From Saccostrea cucullata (taxonomy: Eukaryota): a stretch of 64,000 nt of DNA. The first letter of the stretch is position 1. The number at the start of each line of letters is the position of its first letter. Positions 60,800-64,000 of the stretch are shown piece by piece. The stretch covers positions 186,001 through 250,000 of the forward strand of contig NW_026925270.1 of NCBI RefSeq assembly GCF_032062105.1, read 5' to 3'. The notes beneath the pieces were generated by a model. The model did no database searches, was not told where the DNA came from, and was given only the letters and a program-made list of their open reading frames with translations. Both the position numbers and the translations under genes were made by a program.

Positions 60800-63625
60800 A
60801 TGATGACCACCGGTCTGTGGATTCTTGTCCTCCTCTTGTCCGGTAAGATATTTTAAAGATTTTTATGTTTTTGGTTAATTTTAGGCAATGTGACCGTTTA
60901 ACAACAATCCACTTTTCATATCTTAAGGTTATGTACTTTTAAACAAAGAGAAACCTCTTAAGTTTATGAATTGTAGATAGGAAGGGGATTTGGACTGTAC
61001 TATATCCGTATTCTTCTTTATTTCCTACATGAATGGATGGTAAACTTATGTTTTACTTACTAGTATATCACTATACTAAGTGACCTGACCGGACATGAAA
61101 ATGTTTTAGTGGTAGAGATCAATTTATGATTCACAGAGGCATCACTTGAAATTAATAACACAATGAACACCTACTCCTTTATTATACCCCCCGCTTGAAA
61201 AGCGGGAGGGTATATATAGTAATCGTTAATTCCGTCCGTCCGTCTGTACGTCTGTCCGTCCGTCCGTCTGTTACGCTTTAGGGTACCTATCTCTTATCCG
61301 CAACTCCTCTTATACCACTGAGTGAAATTTAATGAAACTTTCACAGAATCTTTATTACATATTGCCATTGTGCACCTTCTATTTTACTTTTTGATCTGAC
61401 ACATATTTTGGGTTTCCCGGCCATGGCAAATCATGGACTTTGTCATCAGTTATAACCATATGGGAGGCGGGGGGTATCATTTAGTGAGCTCATTGCTCAC
61501 AGTACCTCTAGTTTTCAATGCAACTAAGACGGGTTCAATCTAAACTAAATCAGGCAAGTAGAGTGCGTGGCAATTCCATGTACTGTTCTTTCAATATCAA
61601 ATTAAAAATTTTGGAAATCCCTAGTATTTGATGATATTTGTTGCCTTGGCAAACTGTTCTTTCGTTATAGCACAACTATGTAAAAATATGGAATTCTTAT
61701 GACGCATCGTGCATTGCTACCTTTTAAACACAGGAAGTGAAAACGAACGGTATTCAAGATCAAAAATCCATTAAACAATAAAAAACAGGAGCATAGCAAA
61801 CACGGACCTCCAAAACATCAGAGGTGGGATCAGGTGAAATGGAGGAGTGAGCATCCCCTGCTGACCGGTCACACCCGCCGTGTGCTCCTTGTCATGATCG
61901 GGAGAAAACGGAAAAAAACCGTCGTCTGGACTAACAATAACTATGAAAAACGTCAGACAGCATTTGACTCAATGATAAATTGTATTTGTTGACAAGGTCA
62001 TTGTATCGACCATAGAACTAACGAAATGATTACTTTAAATTTCTAACCCCAGGGACGTAGCAACCTGGCCCCCCCCCCACTTTTTTTGCCAACAATACTT
62101 TTACTATTGAAAATGTTCATTGAAAGGCTGGTTGCCCCCCCCCCCCCCCCCACTTTATACAAAAGTAAAGTGAAATGAAGGAAATATAGTATTGTAAGCT
62201 GAAAAAATGGATATGGAAAGGAATTGGAAGTGAAAAAAAGTGTGCCTCTACACCCCCCCCCCTCCCCCCACGAAATAGGATTTTCGACTCTGGGCAATTT
62301 TCCTTTTTTTTTTTTTTTTTTTTTTTTTTTGCTTGTCAACTTTTTCAGGTAAGTAAAAAAAAAATTCAGTGGCTGGCCCCCCCCCACTTTCAAAATCGAT
62401 GCTACGGTCCTGAACCCGTAGTATAAAATTATTACACTATGGGTTACATTTTTATTTCCGAGACAAATGCCTCTGCTTTTAAAGATATAGACTTCCTGAA
62501 ATTGAAAGAAAGAAAAATCTAAATTATTTTTCTTTGTTTTTAAAGAGGTTTACACTCAAAAACAAGGAACGTCATTAACTCTTCAACAAAAAGACTATTT
62601 CGTCTTTCCGGGAGATGACGTCACTGTAGCTGTCAACTTGACCCTTGTCCCCAATGAAGAATACGCTATTACTTGGACGCGGACCGATGGAAATTTTACC
62701 AGAGAAATCAGGATTTTTGAGAATCCTAACAAATATTCTGGCGGGAAAAAGAGTGAGCCATCCTTAACCATTCTAAAAGTGAATAAATCAGACGCTGGAC
62801 TTTATTCCATTGAGGTTTTTGGACAGAATACCAGTCTTAGTGAAGGACCAGCGAGAGTAAATGTTTTATCTCAGGAAGCAAGTAAGGATGATCTATACTT
62901 ATTCTTTATTACCCTCTCTGTTTTCTAGTTGACTGCATTTCCATTGCATTTTAAAGGTGAATTGAAAAAAAAAAATTGGAAAAAAAGATCATGATTTTTT
63001 TTTGGCATCTTCTCTCTGTCTATTCTTCTTTCAATTCTTTTGTATTTTAAATAGTATTTAAAACGTAAACTGTATTTTTGACAGAAAGGCTGTATGAGGA
63101 ATATGCACAAGCCTGTCCATCAGGATGGGAAACAGTTTATGGGATCGATTTTTTCAGTCCACGGGACGTTCTCCAGGGTTGTGTTCGGAACATGACAACA
63201 CAAAAGAACTCTTTTTACGAAGCTCAGGGAATCTGCCGACAGTACCGCTCGTATTTAATACCCCTCTCTCCGACATTGTTTACAGATTCAAATATTGAAA
63301 GTCCAACATTTGCATATTTTAGAGACGGTGGGTTTCTTTATTTTGATACCTTATTTTGATATAGAATATTCAAAAGTAGTCTGTATTCTAAAATGATTGC
63401 GTTTTTGCTATATTAGCTAATGGCATCAAAACTGAACATTTTTGCCCAGCTTATGGAAATGATTTATATTATATCCTTTATTTAAGGTCCGTTGTCTTTA
63501 TTATAAACTATTTACTATCATGTAAACATTGTAGATTTCTGGACAGGGGGATACGACTCCTATGGATTACTGGTAATGGACGGGGCACCCCCTAGCCCTG
63601 TCAGTGCAGAAAGCGGCCAAAGAGG
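60800..63625 (+). CDS. Ig-domain + C-type lectin protein (CREP-like), 3'-partial; continues beyond the window
   Basis: Exons 60800-60842 (MMTTGLWILVLLLS signal), 62546-62881 (Ig: PGDDVTVAV..ITWTR..PSLTILKVNKSDAGLYSIEV), 63085-63327 (CPSGW..C..SFYEAQGICRQYRSYL), 63535-63625 (DFWTGG, WIGL-equivalent). Phases are consistent. Confidence 0.8.
61177..61513 (+). mobile_element. Short Helentron/HINE-like element
   Basis: 5' tttattataccccccgcttgaaaagcggg hairpin, (gtcc)n, subterminal gcggggggtat, 3' gtgagc..gctcacag..ctagtt. Confidence 0.7.
61770..62030 (-). mobile_element. Penelope-like retroelement 3' fragment
   Basis: Reverse complement of 48700-48960 (agcaaacacggacctccaaaacatcagaggtgggatc..gagtgagcatcccc..accggtcac). 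Confidence 0.6.
62050..62412. mobile_element. Non-autonomous DNA element, CAG..CTG termini, 5-bp TSD AACCC (hAT5-like)
   Basis: AACCC|cagggacgtagca at the left end and tgctacggtcctg|AACCC at the right end. Homologous to 37437-37757. Confidence 0.8.
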
Positions 63626-64000
63626 GTAAGTGTTTTATTTAAAACCTTTCAACGCGATAGCTTTCACACTATGAAATGGATAAGATTTTGACATCTCAAT
63701 TCATATGAATAGGTCTGTAGAGAAAAATATGCTTGGTGTTCAAATTGGCACTATTGTTACTAAAACGGCAGTGTTTGCGTATTATGCTTTACGACCGATT
63801 CTCGTACTGTACAACTTCTTGAAACAGAGCTTTGCAAAGGTATGAAAGTCTTCAAGGAATAAAATCACGAAAAAGAACTGAAAGGCATTATAACTAGCGA
63901 AAAGACCACTACAACATATATTTTGCCATTGGAAAGATACAGTATTAAATTGAAAAGACATATATACATGCAGAATGTTTCAAAAAGGTTAGCATGAATT

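Overview
AT-rich, intron-rich eukaryotic DNA, most likely from an oyster (Ostreidae), judging from the repeat landscape: Helentron/HINE elements carrying ~168-bp satellite arrays, tRNA-derived SINEs and many MITEs. I rebuilt eight protein-coding genes by hand, using GT-AG junctions with consistent phases: (1) an LDLa-EGF-TM receptor with two PY motifs (+, 739-10887); (2) a CYP2-clan cytochrome P450 (-, 11942-15183); (3) a fuseless-like multipass membrane protein (+, 17222-18724); (4) an ~838-aa secreted protein with an array of ~15 two-cysteine loop repeats followed by alternating EGF/cbEGF domains (-, 18996-23346); (5) a GH35 beta-galactosidase of the GLB1L2 type (+, 26086-35671); (6) an orphan 382-aa single-coding-exon ORF (-, 41753-42901); (7) a phospholipid scramblase (-, 49643-53306); (8) the 5' part of an Ig + C-type lectin (CREP-like) gene (+, 60800 to beyond the window end). 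The best novelty candidates are the CX14C loop-array protein, the cysteine-free Ig domain fused to a CTLD, and intronic tandem repeats seeded from exon/splice-donor junctions. No rRNA, intact tRNA or CRISPR array was seen. Some stretches (about 13.8-14.3, 50-52 and 55-57.4 kb) look like noisy assembly consensus. All family assignments are from motif recognition; no database search was run.
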